Assembly (NCBI GenBank): GCA_002633005.1
Contig: NMRA01000550.1
Location: 1-64,000, forward strand
DNA from: Phoronis australis
Taxonomy: Eukaryota; Animalia; Phoronida
Reading direction: 5' to 3'
DNA length: 64,000 nt
In this document: piece after piece, positions 1-11,540 of the stretch
How the letters are laid out: each line of letters opens with the position of its first letter
Position numbering within the stretch: position 1 is the stretch's first letter
Notes under the pieces: model-generated
Told to the model about the DNA's origin: nothing
What the model saw: the letters and a program-made list of their open reading frames with translations, nothing else
Database searches by the model: none
Made by a program: the position numbers and the translations under genes

Positions 1-530
1 CAAGACTGCAATGCCTCCACAATTACTTGGCTTAACCTTTACTCAGCAATTGTGAAACGGGAGCGTCAGGCCAAATTTCAGTCTTAAGTCATGTTCATGA
101 AAAAGACCCCTGGCGCCACCTAAGAGTAACATTAGCATCCAGTGTTGGGATTATTTCAGACAATTTTAAAATGAGAAAGAACAGCTATGTCTCTACAGGT
201 CATCAGAGAGGGAGTTGACATCAGTGGAGTTGTCCACTGACACAAAGCACTGCACTGTGAACTTTTCCACACAGACAGACTGTTTATAAACAAAAGCACC
301 CACACAGTTTGCGAGATGTCAATCTTAAGCAATAGATGTCAGGGCTGTTTGCAGTGGATAACCACAGAGCACTAAGTCACAAATAGAAAGAACTAAGGCG
401 TGGTGCTTTTGTCAGATAAGAAGCAAGGTAGATCTTTGTCCAACTGACGTGTATGTCAGGGCTGGATCGTCGATTCCATTCATCCAAGAAAACTATTAAG
501 AAAACTCACAATTCCATTTCACAAACCAAG

Positions 531-606
531 ATTTCTTGGTGCAAGTACCTTGCGAGGTGCCTCACCTTACATAATGCATTTCTTGGTGCAAGTACCTTGC
601 GAGGTG
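531..606. repeat. short direct duplication (atttcttggtgcaagtaccttgcgaggtg x2)
   Basis: two identical ~29-bp copies starting at about 531 and 578. Confidence 0.8.
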
Positions 607-660
607 ATGTAGGGACATATGGGGAGGTGGCACTGTATCGAGTTTTCTGGTATGTTTCAG

Positions 661-729
661 CTACGAAAGGAAGCAGAAGAGGCTGAAAGAAAGCAGAAAA
701 TGGAAGAAGAAGAAAAAGCAAAACAAGAG
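661..729 (+). CDS. DNAJC2: DnaJ homolog subfamily C member 2 (zuotin/MPP11), internal exon; 5' part of gene lies upstream of window
   Basis: tttcag|CTA...GAG|gtgaaa; LRKEAEEAERKQKMEEEEKAKQE charged coiled coil; phase 0-0 joins next exon. Confidence 0.85.
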
Positions 730-1173
730 GTGAAACTTGGGTCATCACTCACAAACTTGTTAAAGTTGTTTTTTCTGGTTAACATTCAGAACGTAGCTTG
801 TGTGTCGTGATGTATTTTGGTACGTTTTCTTTTATTCTACAGGACTTAAATGTTTTTTGCAGTAAGAGCATCCTCATTACACAGAAGTGGCATTCACCGA
901 GTAACCGACGTCACTGACACTAGATGTCACTCACGTGTTAGTGATTGTCTCATTGGTGTAATTTTAAGTGAAAGAGTGAATTGTTAGTGTCTTCCATATC
1001 TCCTGTAACAAAGTTCACTAAATGTGAAAGTAGGTAAAGGGCTGTTAGTAGCAGTGTGTTGAGAAATGGAACTAAAGTTTTATGCCTGCAGAGAACATGC
1101 AATTCAACTGAACCATTTGGTCATGTTTATCTCAGCGTTATAGTGTGACGTTTATCTCTGAAAACTTTTACAG

Positions 1174-1254
1174 GCCGCTGTCGCTAAGAAAGAGAAAGAG
1201 GCCCAGAAAAAGATGTTGAAAAAGGAGCGTAAAGCTTTAAGGACGATAATGAAG
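1174..1254 (+). CDS. DNAJC2: DNAJC2 exon
   Basis: ttacag|GCC...AAG|gtttgg; AAVAKKEKEAQKKMLKKERKALRTIMK, typical zuotin-family helix. Confidence 0.9.
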
Positions 1255-1321
1255 GTTTGGAAAAGTTTAATAAAAGTTGTAGCATCTATCTTATATACAA
1301 TCTAACATCTGTGATTCTTAA

Positions 1322-1911
1322 CCCTTATCCTGCGCTAGGCGAGGTCAGCCGACCTGCCAATTATCCTATTAAAATGCGTTGGGTGTACTCAATCGACTAT
1401 AATAAGTTACAGCTGGGCTGCGCTAGGAGAGTGCACTCACCCCAGGACACTTGTGATTTTCATTCAGAAATTGTAAGAGCCCTGGAATGTTGTTTTGATA
1501 TGTGACCATGAGCATTCCATACTTCACAACTTCCTCTACTGTTCTCCAATTTAAACCATATGGCTGTGATTACTAGTTTGGGAGATATTGGCAGGTTTAT
1601 GTAAGTGTAGACATATAGTTTCATTATATGGCTTGAGCCATACAGGAGAGGATGACAGTGGATCAGTTTACTTTCACCAAGGCTATGATAAAGACTTATA
1701 TATGGTGAAATTCTCCATTAAATTCTGCACAGGTTTTGTATTGACTTCTTTTCTGTTAATTTAATATTTCCCCTTCAAATTTCCAATTTAAAATTGTTAG
1801 GTCATTTGTCTAGGTGACCTCTACAACAGCTTAGTGTAAAGCAGTAGTGGTGACCTACTTAGCTCAGCACACAGGGAAAGTAGTCTGAATAGAGGCTCAG
1901 CAGGATAAGGG
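1322..1911. mobile_element. piggyBac-like non-autonomous element (MITE)
   Basis: TTAA at 1318-1321 and 1912-1915 flank a 12-bp TIR CCCTTATCCTGC / GCAGGATAAGGG; CCC...GGG ends; no coding capacity. Confidence 0.75.
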
Positions 1912-2359
1912 TTAATAAACATTCAAGTGTTCCTTTCTAATTATTGTTTGCCTAAACACATGTGGAGAACTTATCATCTTGTGATATCCATATCTGTTTG
2001 TTGCAGCTTGGTAGTCTTCTAGGTGTCTTCGAAAACAATCTAAAAACGTGATTGTCACTATGTCTCATTAATTCATTGAATTGTATGAATTATGTAAACA
2101 AGGTTTAGAAACATGGAATAAAAAAATTCCAGTCTCAGTTTAGCTAGCAAGGTCTTTAGTCAAATTTTACTAATGATATGCCCAGTATTTACTGTGTTCA
2201 CATGGAGTGGATGCTGGTTGTTAATCAACGTTTTTCCGTGTAAGTATTTTGAAACGTGTAGGGTAGTCAATGGGTTTGTCTTAACATGACTTCACATATT
2301 ATTCAGTTAACCAATGGCCTTGTCAGTTTTTGTTAATCTCTTGTACATTTCTTGTTTAG

Positions 2360-2448
2360 GACTTAGATTACTTTGCTTCTGATGAAACAGAAAGAATAAA
2401 GTGTATGCAAGAGGTAGACAGACTGGCTGAACTGTTGACTGTTACCAG
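2360..2448 (+). CDS. DNAJC2: DNAJC2 exon (RAC head / four-helix region)
   Basis: tttag|GAC...AG|gtaaga; DLDYFASDETERIKCMQEVDRLAELLTVT, ends phase 2. Confidence 0.9.
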
Positions 2449-3069
2449 GTAAGATGAACCTTTACGACTAATAAACTCTTAAATTGCTCATCAACCGTTT
2501 AAGTTGTTGTAAAGTCATCAACTTCAAAACCTTGTTTCTCCTCGGTTGGAAATGTGTCTGTGTGTCTGCAAATGTGTCTGCAACTCCAGTGCTTTTGTTC
2601 GTCAAATTTTTCTTCCCCCCTGTGCTGCAGTATTTACCCACGATACCGTCAGGCACATTTACTGCCTCGTTTTTTGCCACTAGGGTTTCATACGTCATTT
2701 GTTGTTCAATTTGTTAAAAAAATTTTTTTCGGTTGCATTACTCTGTTCGTCCTTCCAATGCCAACAGGTATTACTGCTGTGCTGTGGGCTCCAACTCCGA
2801 CGTGAAAAGGTTTGATAAATGGGGGAAGCGTGATCTGAAATTTTTCGCCTTCATGACATCAATGAGAGACACGAAAATGTGCCCGATTTCCAAAACGAGG
2901 TCACACGCTCTCTTATCTCCATGACAAAGGAGAGCTCTGTCGCCGTGTATTTCAGGACAGCCCTGTTCATGAGACATTTTCCTGAATGATCACAACAGGT
3001 TGTTTTTTATGTCCATGGGAGACAACTCTGATTGTTCTTAATGTAGGTTGCCTTTGTCTTCTCTTTCAG

Positions 3070-3139
3070 CTTACAATCTCTCAATGAACGCTTGAAAGGT
3101 GATGACAAGTGTGCAGCACAAACAGCATTTACAGAGGAG
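3070..3139 (+). CDS. DNAJC2: DNAJC2 exon
   Basis: tttcag|C TTA...GAG|gtaggc; (S)LQSLNERLKGDDKCAAQTAFTEE, phase 2-0. Confidence 0.9.
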
Positions 3140-3148
3140 GTAGGCAGT

Positions 3149-3320
3149 GTGGACATTAACCAATCACACTTCAGAAAGTGTTATGACATGGACATTGTCC
3201 AATCATATTTCAGGAACTGTTATGATGTGTGCACATTGTCCAATCACACTTCAGAAACTGTGGTGATATGTGCACATTGTCCAATCACACTTCAGAAACT
3301 ATAATGTGAGGACATTGTCC
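3149..3320. repeat. minisatellite, ~40-bp unit, ~4.5 copies
   Basis: recurring (g/gc)acattgtccaatcacacttcagaaactg immediately after a DNAJC2 splice donor. Confidence 0.85.
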
Positions 3321-3973
3321 AGTCAAAGCTCAGTGTCCATGACAATGTGTAATTTGAATGTTAGGCTTTGGAATGACTCACGGTTTACAGTCTGTTGCTG
3401 CAAATTTATCAATTGCTGAAAAACAGAGTGCATTTTGTTGCTAAATGTATGATATGAGCCGTAAAAAATTTTGAACAATGGAATTTCGTGTATATATGTT
3501 TTCCAACTGACCATAATTTCGTTGAGTAACTAATTACGAATAGAGGTTACGAATACGAATAAATGAAACAATGAAAAGAGCGTTCAATTGTCAAAGTGTG
3601 ACCAATACACTTTATCAATAATAAAATGAATATCAACGGTCAGACTAGTTTCCAAACTGGAACGACTAAATCTGTAGGACAATAAAATCTATCCTTTGAA
3701 TGCGCTACCAGACCATCAAACTCCATGGTACTTTATTTGGAAAGTTGGAGTTATTCTTCTACCCTTATGACAAGGGGTTCAGAAGGTCAGGAGTCTGTTT
3801 AAGAGGCTAGAAGTATGATCCCCGCACATACGTGTGCTAAAACACTTTACTTGTCACTATCGACAAGTGTAATAGAGACTCGTTGTTTATTGCCATCTCT
3901 CATTGGCAACTTTTCCTCATGAGTATCCAATGTAAAGTTACAAAATGATGAACCCAATAATACTTTCCACCAG

Positions 3974-4149
3974 GTCAGACTGATGAATGAGAGACTGGAG
4001 GAAGAGAAGCGGCAACAGATGGAGGCTTTACAGCGACAGTCAGCAGAAGCAGAGGGCGCTAGTAGTAAGGGGGGCAAGCAGTGGTCACAAGACGAAGTAC
4101 AGCTGCTAATAAAAGCTGTCAACTTGTTCCCAGCGGGCACCAATAACAG
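3974..4149 (+). CDS. DNAJC2: DNAJC2 exon, start of SANT/Myb domain 1
   Basis: caccag|GTC...AG|gtaata; ...KQWSQDEVQLLIKAVNLFPAGTNN(R) closely matches the DNAJC2 SANT1 motif LLIKAVNLFPAGT. Confidence 0.95.
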
Positions 4150-4452
4150 GTAATAAACCAGCAACTTCTGGCTGTCCACTGTTTAATTATTCTATCACAA
4201 CTTACTAGTATTTAATTAAAAGCGCGTTTTCTTGCATTGTTGTATGGATTTGCTTAAATACCACTAGAATTCCCAAAAGTGCATTGTGGGCAGTGAAGGC
4301 CTTGTAAGCATTCTTGCCACAGGACCATGCTGCTGTGACCTTGAGTTTTGTCTTCTGCTCTTTACTTTGTTGAAACTGACTATAATACATTCTCCCACGT
4401 GATGAAGATGGGAGATGTGCCAGTGTAATACAGAGACTACCTGTCAATCTAG

Positions 4453-4661
4453 GTGGGAAACTATTGCCAGTTTCATAACGCAGCATCTGCCGGAGAGTTC
4501 TAGGTCAGCGAAGGAGGTGTTGAACAAAGCCAAGACTTTACAGAAGATGGACCCACGAAAGGCGGCCAATGAGCAAGTGTCGACTGAGCAACTGCTGCAG
4601 ACAAAAGCCAATCCGAAAAAGGGGCACATTGATGCTTCTGATATCAGTGCACGATATATGA
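4453..4661 (+). CDS. DNAJC2: DNAJC2 exon, end of SANT1 and linker
   Basis: tctag|G TGG...A|gtaagt; WETIASFITQHLPESSRSAKEVLNKAKTLQKMDP..., phase 2-1. Confidence 0.93.
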
Positions 4662-4679
4662 GTAAGTGCTTGACCAACC

Positions 4680-4751
4680 TTTATTTATTATTGTAATATT
4701 TACAACAAGGGTAGCCCCATCAGCTCTCACTGCTTTCCATGGGGGCCCTCA
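4680..4751 (-). mobile_element. 3' tail of a LINE/SINE (5'-truncated retroposon)
   Basis: tattattgtaatatttacaacaagggtagccccatcagctctcactgctttccatgggggccctca recurs almost identically at ~51683-51752; A-rich tail on minus strand. Confidence 0.65.
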
Positions 4752-5928
4752 GAAACTGTTTAGGTGTTCTGTCTTTCTGTAGTCTTCTTGGCATTTCCAG
4801 TCATTCTTATCTTGACCAAAAAATTGGCAAAAGTTTCCAGCTGCTATGAATTGGTCTTGACTGTCAAAAAGCTAACTTTTGATTTAGCCCACTTACCATC
4901 ATGAAATTGACCTTAATTTGACCTTCAATTCTTGCTTACTCAGATTAGAAGTGATTCGTGAGATTGGGAAAACAGATTTTTTTTTCATTTTTTCTTTCAG
5001 TTCTTTCTTTTTTCTAGTTTATTATGTTGAACAATACACTTATAACAATTCATATGCAGAAGACAACATTTAAAGGGCGAACAAGGAAAAAGGGGGCAGG
5101 GCTTTCACTCACCCCCCCCCCCCACCCCCCACAAACACTCATTCAAATACTTCGTGGGAGCTTGTTATTGCTTGAAAGTGGGCTCAATGAGTTTGTCTGA
5201 CGTGGCAGTTTTATTGTGTCAAGTATGGCCTTAAGCTAATAGAGAACTGTCAATTTTTTCTGACCACAGAAATCTTGAAAATATTTAGTGCAGATCTGGG
5301 AAAACCATACCTTGATGTAGTAAGTGTATAGCTATTTCGTACATATTTCACGGTTCACCACTGGATGTGCCCTCTGTTGTTGTAGAATAAAATACTAAAA
5401 ACAATAACGGAGATTCCCTAATGTCGGGGGGGGGGGATCTCGTAACAGGTCTGAATACTCCGCAGAGAGATCAAGTCCAGGGTCTCTGTTCGGGCTTGGT
5501 CCGTATAATATGGACAAAATGGCTGTACATTTACTACATCAAGGTTTGTTTTTCCAGTACCAAAAGGGATCTTCATCATTTAAATGAAACCCAGTAATTA
5601 GTCACTTCTAATCTTGAGTAGGGAAGGAGTTGAGATTAGCTTTACAATGGAAAGTAGTCTAGATGAAAATTTAACATTTTTCACAAAAGGAGCGTTCACT
5701 AACTTGTTCTTTGATGTAACATATTTCTACAATCTCATGGCGTTATTGAGGTCAGCCTTGTGTTGGTCATGGAATGTAAACTTAAGCATGCTTTATAAGA
5801 AAATTGCTCACTGAAGACATGCTACATATACATGTCTTACTTACAGCGACATTTTATGCTGTTCTTCCAAAATATGACTTTTTGTAATTAAATTGCTGTT
5901 TTATAAAAAATTGTCTCGTCCACGCCAG

Positions 5929-6107
5929 GTGCTGCAGAAGCCCAACTGGCCGAGACGGGTACTAATCCCGCACCCTGGAGTGCGGAGGAACAGAAACTGC
6001 TGGAGCAGGCTTTGAAGACGTATCCAGCAAGCACAGAACAGAGGTGGGAGAAGATAGCCGAGTGTATCCCCTGTAGGAGTAAGAAGGACTGCATGTTGAG
6101 GTATAAG
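5929..6107 (+). CDS. DNAJC2: DNAJC2 exon, SANT/Myb domain 2
   Basis: cgccag|GT...AAG|gtaagt; [45 protein letters not shown]. Confidence 0.95.
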
Positions 6108-6927
6108 GTAAGTATATAGCGGAGAAGGTAATAGAGTGCAGCCCCTGTAGGGGCAAGGAGTGCATGTTGGGGTCTAGGGTAAGTAGAGAGGGGAGACTGT
6201 GGTCCTTTCGATCCTATGTAAGAGTGGGAGGGGTGTTCAGGTGTGAAGTGGGTGAAAAGTTCAGTTGATGGGGATGAGCTTTGAGGCCTGAACTTGTGTG
6301 GAGGATTGGGACCCAAGTGGAAATTATTTTGATGAACTGAAACGATTGTTTTGCTCGTCAGTAAGATGGTTAATTTGTTTCTTTTATTTCTGAAAGGGGT
6401 TTTCTGTTATTTAGGCAATAATTACTGCAGTAAGCAGTACTTGTAGAGCTTTAGGACGGTTTCAGCCAACTTCATACAAGTTATTTCTTTAAGACGAAGT
6501 AAAAATTACAGATCCTGTTATAGGATTCTCAGGTTCAAGCCTCATAAGAGTAGTAACCATCCATTGAACACTTTAGTGGCGTGAGAGTTGCATCGATCTG
6601 AAATAAGCGTTTCTGGCATTTTCCTTGTTCGAAATTTGCGGGACAGAAATCCGAGGTTTATTGTCCAACCATTAAAAAACAGTTTTTGGACCTTGTACGA
6701 ATTTCGTGGACTATGAAAAACTAATTTTGGAAATATTTATTCTTGTCCCAAAATAACGGGCCGTCCGAAAACCACAAGAACTCGTTTTCCAAGTGCCCAG
6801 GTCAGGGTGGTTATTGGAAAGAACATGATGGTAAGTTTCAATAAGCATGCACTTTGATAGTTGCATGGTATACTGGTTTATTATTTTTTTCTGTTTAAAT
6901 TAACATAAATTAATTGTTGTTGCTTAG

Positions 6928-6996
6928 GAACTGGTGGAGTTGATACGAGCGAAGAAAGCTGCTCAGGCTGCCGCTGCAAGTAAAGCCAAGAAGTGA
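6928..6996 (+). CDS. DNAJC2: DNAJC2 last coding exon
   Basis: gcttag|GAA; ELVELIRAKKAAQAAAASKAKK then TGA at 6994-6996. Confidence 0.93.
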   Translation, partial: ELVELIRAKKAAQAAAASKAKK

Positions 6997-8252
6997 CGGA
7001 CGTTCAAGATCACAAACATACTGAAGTGCCCTCTGCCTGTGGCTCTCACAGCTTGTGTCCAGAGTCTAACGATGAGACTTCCCGAATCGACCACTTGTTT
7101 GGTGCATCGCTACTGTGTCGAGGTGTCGCTCAAGGTTTCTTATATAAAACGGATCTCATTTCACGAGCTCTTTTTAATACCTTGATTGTGGTCTTAAGTC
7201 TTAAGTTGCATGAAAAATGTCCATGTTTATCAAGACTCTGCTATCAAATTAAATTTTATAAATTCAATCGGTCCATATGTAGTATATTCAAGGTAAGGGC
7301 ACACCAAATACTCACCAAGAATTACAGCAGTGCAAATAGTCGACTTGTCAGTCTGAATACCACCAAGTTAAGCAAGCAGACGCTCTATTACGGACACCGA
7401 GTCGTGTGTAAGTTTCCCATTGGCTGCCGCCACCAGCCTTTGAGGGAGACAACTCCACAGCTTCACAACACATCGTTTTGTTATTAGCATTATGTGCATT
7501 CACCTACTAGTTTTCATTTGTCAAATCTTTCAATCTTCGTTAATAAATATCATTCAGTTAGCTCTCACTTCCAAGCACCATGCAGCCATAAGGTGTTGTG
7601 AACCTACCCTGTTACAAAAATAACCGTAATTGGAGTTATACCAGACCATGCTCTGCAGGTAAAGTGACTCATCAGGGCGGGCCAACTTGTGAAGCCCAGT
7701 CTTGAGCATTAACAAATTTATTATGTTAACTCAGTTTTTGTCAAGTTTGGAAATTACGTCAAATTTGAGTGAATAATTAAGAGACCAGCGCTAAAAGGTT
7801 CAGTTATAAAATCTAATGTAAAGCCTTTGACAGAATGTCAGTTCACAGCTGACTTACGTATTAAATATAAATTGACAATTATACAGGGTTTTTTGATGTT
7901 CATTTTTCCTGGGAATGATTGGTTGATATTTCTGAAAGAGTGGATCAACTTTGAAATTATGTTATTAGATAAAGAAAACAATTATTGAGGAAATGACCCA
8001 TGACAATGACCACTCGTAAAGTATCCCTCCACAGGACAGTTTCTCATAACATGAAAATAGTTCACTAACACCAATCGTGTCATAAAGTTTTGTTTATTGG
8101 TTCATAAACTTTGAAGACAGTTAACTAAATAATAAATAATTAAATAAACACAGTAAACATAAAGAAATGTGCATATCCAGTCAGTAACATTAAGGAGTGT
8201 ACTACTACACTCCTTGGTAACATTACAGATGAAACTGACTGACTACAGATTA

Positions 8253-8565
8253 GGCTAAAAAAGCATAGCTGGTCCTGATCTTTGTTTTTTGGAAAATCAA
8301 GTCAGTTGCTTTGTGTTTTGTACTGCTCACTTTTTCAAAAAAGAAAATCACCCGATACGAGCAAAATGCTGCAGGACTTTTCACGCAGTGGTTAGCAAAT
8401 GGCGTTTCAAACCTTGTTTACTGTGGTTACCTGACTTTGTACAGCTTTTCTAGAAAAAAACAAGACTGTGCCTGAAATTGAAGTGTACGGGCATTTTTAG
8501 TCGGCGAGCGCAAATATCGAAATGAGCTGGGGTACAGATCAGAACCAACTTTGCTTTTTGACTTT
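8253..8565. mobile_element. degenerate TIR element (possibly Zator-like MITE)
   Basis: ggctaaaaaagcatagctggtcctgatct at left is an imperfect inverse of agatcagaaccaactttgctttttgact at right. Confidence 0.4.
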
Positions 8566-9852
8566 GGCGAACATTCGCATTCTTGCTACCACCTGCACAA
8601 ACAAATAAATAATGCAATAACTAAACTTTCCCTATTAATAAAAGGATACTAAACCCCGTTTTGGTAATTTCAACCAATCCTTGTTCTGTCACATGCTAAT
8701 GCATCACTGGCAAGCATTAAATATAGAATTCCAAGTACAAATTCAAACTCTCTTAATCACAAATTGGATATTAAGGTTCTTAAAAAAGAGTTGGTGGCCT
8801 TTTGCGGTACATCAGACGTGTTTAGGCTGCAAGGCTGGGCCAATTACACTAATCACCTGATTATGACTCATGGGGAGATGACATCATTGGATTCCTCATG
8901 GAAGGTTCTTGGTAGGTCTCTCCTTACATTTATTGTGTATTAAACTCGTTTCACAGACAGAAATGGATGGGAAAATCATTTTCAATATCTGTTGATAGGT
9001 CGAACCCGGGTTTGGTATCCTTTTACATATTCCTGATTCCTTTAACAGACCTGAATACTGCATGCACATAGCAGCCAAAAGAAAGTGTATAAGGTATTCT
9101 GTTTAGTAATATCCAAAATTTCATCATTCGGCGTACTCGCAGTACTTCTGTTTATCCTCGAAGTCCTTCAATCGACATTCACAAAGTAATCCTCAACATA
9201 TGGTAAAACATCTTTAATTAAGAACACGTGACATAAAAATGACACGTTTTGTCCAATTTCTCAACAATTATTGGAAGAAAACTTCAGTTTTAGCCCCTTT
9301 CGTTTACAGCTGCCACTTAAGATGCTATGAAATTGGTAAAAATATGAGTATTTTAACAGAGCTTTCCAATTTTGAAAAAAAAGGAATTGGCTTTTAAATT
9401 TATCATTACCATTAGAAGAAACTTAACCACTGACTGGAGCAATAGCTGAAGGCGAGAAAGACCAGTACAATGAGACAGTCATCAAATAACACCAAACTAA
9501 TTGTCGTAATGATGGGCTGAAGATTGACATCCAATTTCGATGTATATTATAAACAAAATTCAAAATAATTGGTTAACATTATCATCACAGTAAAAAAGCA
9601 AAGTCTATGTGTAGAAGATACTGAGCAGCCCAGCACAGTGGTGATATGCACCCACAGTATGGAGTGCAAATGGCAACCATATAAAAAGTGATCCTTTATC
9701 AAATACTTCCATGTTCCAATCAAAACCTACGTCAGTTGTGTTCTCGTAATTAGGAACACATAAGTCAAACTTTCACAAAGATACATCGAAGAACTTCATA
9801 CTTCTTGCAAAAAATCGACTATGTGCTCTGTCCACTAATTTAAATATGCGAG

Positions 9853-10000
9853 TGAGTAATGTTAAGTTACCTTTCGGAGTCATGAGGTATATATAGAGAC
9901 CACTACCTTTCGGTCTCATTTCGAGATCCTCAACGGGTGAAATGGCGGGTAATTTGGTGCCTCGCCCGTGTCTGCTACACCATCGTTGTTCTGTGTCATA
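9853..10000 (-). mobile_element. solo Penelope-like pseudo-LTR copy with degenerate hammerhead motif
   Basis: homologous to 10862-11010 (gttacctttcggagtcatga...gagaccacta(g/c)ctttcggtctca). Confidence 0.7.
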
Positions 10001-10904
10001 TTATGTATATCTTGTACATATGGGCCAATGGTCTTTGAGGTCCAGAATAACTTTCATGTCATCACAGTATTCAATGAGCACCTATTTGATGTTCACAACA
10101 TGATTGTTACAGAGTAACATGGCAAGAGTTTGGAATGTTGAGTCTTGGTGGAAATAGTGAGCATAGTCCCTCATGGACTAACACAGGCACCATGACACGA
10201 CCAGCGATGCTCCTTGAAAGCTGCTCCCTTAAAATTAGCATTATTCATCAAATAACACCCATTATTGTGCCGGAAATTCACTTGAAAATAACTATGATGA
10301 TGCAATAATACATTCAAATAAAGAATATCTAACATGTACATCACAGCTTATTTACTCCCTTAACCACACAAAGATTACACGATTGTTTAGTGTAAAGTTC
10401 AACAAAAATTGAGTCCTAAAAAGACAACATAAAATCTGGCTACACTCTGAGGTATTCATTACACCTTGTCACTGTCACTGTTAAATAATGCGGCACTCGC
10501 TCCTGAAAAATGAAATGACATAAATTACTAACTAACGACTTTTAACAATGGCAATCTTTCCAAATACATTTGTGATTTTAAGGATTTTGAGATACATGAT
10601 GAAAGCAAAAACTGACCATGTACCATTAACTAGAGAGAGCAAAGTTCAGTTTTAGTATGCCCTAATGGAAAGACTGCTCAAAATTTGACAGTTTGTTACA
10701 AACTCGCAACATCACAATAAAAAGTTAGCTGATAACTTAATACACAATACAACCATTCACTTTGATTTCCTATAATTATTTTCAACTGCTGTGCAAAAAT
10801 CACTTATAACAAACTTCATTATTTCCATTAATCTTCTAAATGTATCATTATAGCATACAAATAATGTAAGGTTACCTTTCGGAGTCATGAAGTTTACATA
10901 GAGA

Positions 10905-10945
10905 CCACTAGCTTTCGGTCTCATCATGAAACCTTCATTGAGTGG
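10905..10945 (-). ncRNA. degenerate minimal type I hammerhead ribozyme motif
   Basis: minus strand CCAC-UCAAUGA-A-GGUUUC-augau-GAGACC-GAAA-GC-UA-GUGG: stem I CCAC/GUGG, stem II, GAAA core; the CUGANGA box is mutated, so this copy is probably inactive. Confidence 0.55.
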
Positions 10946-11197
10946 GATGGTGGTTATCTGGGGCCTCACCTGTGTCTGTTACATCATTGTCATGTGTCAT
11001 GCAATGTGGTCTCTGTCCGATCGTCGAGAATAAGTTCTGGTAGAGTGGCGGAAAGATCGTAGCCAGAGTTTCTACTAAGTGATAAGGCGTGCCAGCAGAT
11101 TTCCACTGCTTCACTTATCTTTCACACCAATACTTGTTCTCTCTCACCAAGATGGTAGCATTGTCCGACAAGATGTGTGATGTTTGAAAACAGTGTT

Positions 11198-11342
11198 CAC
11201 TAATCCCTGACCCAGGGTCAGTAAATGTACGCAAGTGTTCCTTAATCACTAATCCCTGACCCAGAGTCAGTAAATGTACTCAGGTGTTCCTTAATCACTA
11301 ATCCCTGACCCAGAGTCAGTAAATGTACTCAGGTGTTCCTTA
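11198..11342. repeat. 49-bp tandem repeat x3 inside the Penelope endonuclease relic
   Basis: cactaatccctgacccag(a/g)gtcagtaaatgtac...gtgttccttaat at 11198, 11247, 11296. Confidence 0.9.
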
Positions 11343-11380
11343 GTCCTAGTGTTGAGGCTCCTAGCAGTCTCAGCCACTTA

Positions 11381-11540
11381 ACTTATTTCCCACGGTCAGG
11401 CAGAGGTCACATCGCGTATGACAATGATGACGTAACAGACATGGGAAAGGCCCCAGTTACCCGCCATTCCACCCGACGAAGGTCTCAAGACAAGACTATA
11501 AACTTCATGATTCTGAAAGGTAACCTTACATTACTCATAT
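11381..11540 (+). mobile_element. inverted Penelope pseudo-LTR at the 5' truncation point
   Basis: inverse-complement homolog of 10862-11035 abutting the truncated nuclease ORF; GAAA/stem III part of the hammerhead is deleted. Confidence 0.75.

Larger units (their letters stand above)
10862..11380 (-). mobile_element. Penelope-like element 3' end: decayed GIY-YIG endonuclease C-terminus plus pseudo-LTR
   Basis: minus-strand translation with stop/frameshifts: (Y>*)VAETARSLNTRTKEH..SGISEHCFQTSH..ILVRENKYW..KISEAVEI..SLSRNSGYDL(P)PLYQNL, matching the PLE consensus YIGETxRxLxTRxKEH..SAxAEH..RKIKEAIEI..LNRDxGY. Confidence 0.85.

Noticed and set aside
6993-7487. 164-aa ORF after DNAJC2
   Set aside because: GTG start overlapping the DNAJC2 stop codon; lies in the presumed 3' UTR; no recognisable motif
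8700-9200. possible decayed LINE reverse-transcriptase fragment (GYQTRVRPINRY resembles YKTLVRPxLEY)
   Set aside because: Single weak motif amid many stops; needs TBLASTX to support
11198-11342. 49-bp repeats as possible CRISPR or regulatory array
   Set aside because: Simple tandem triplication of part of the Penelope nuclease coding sequence
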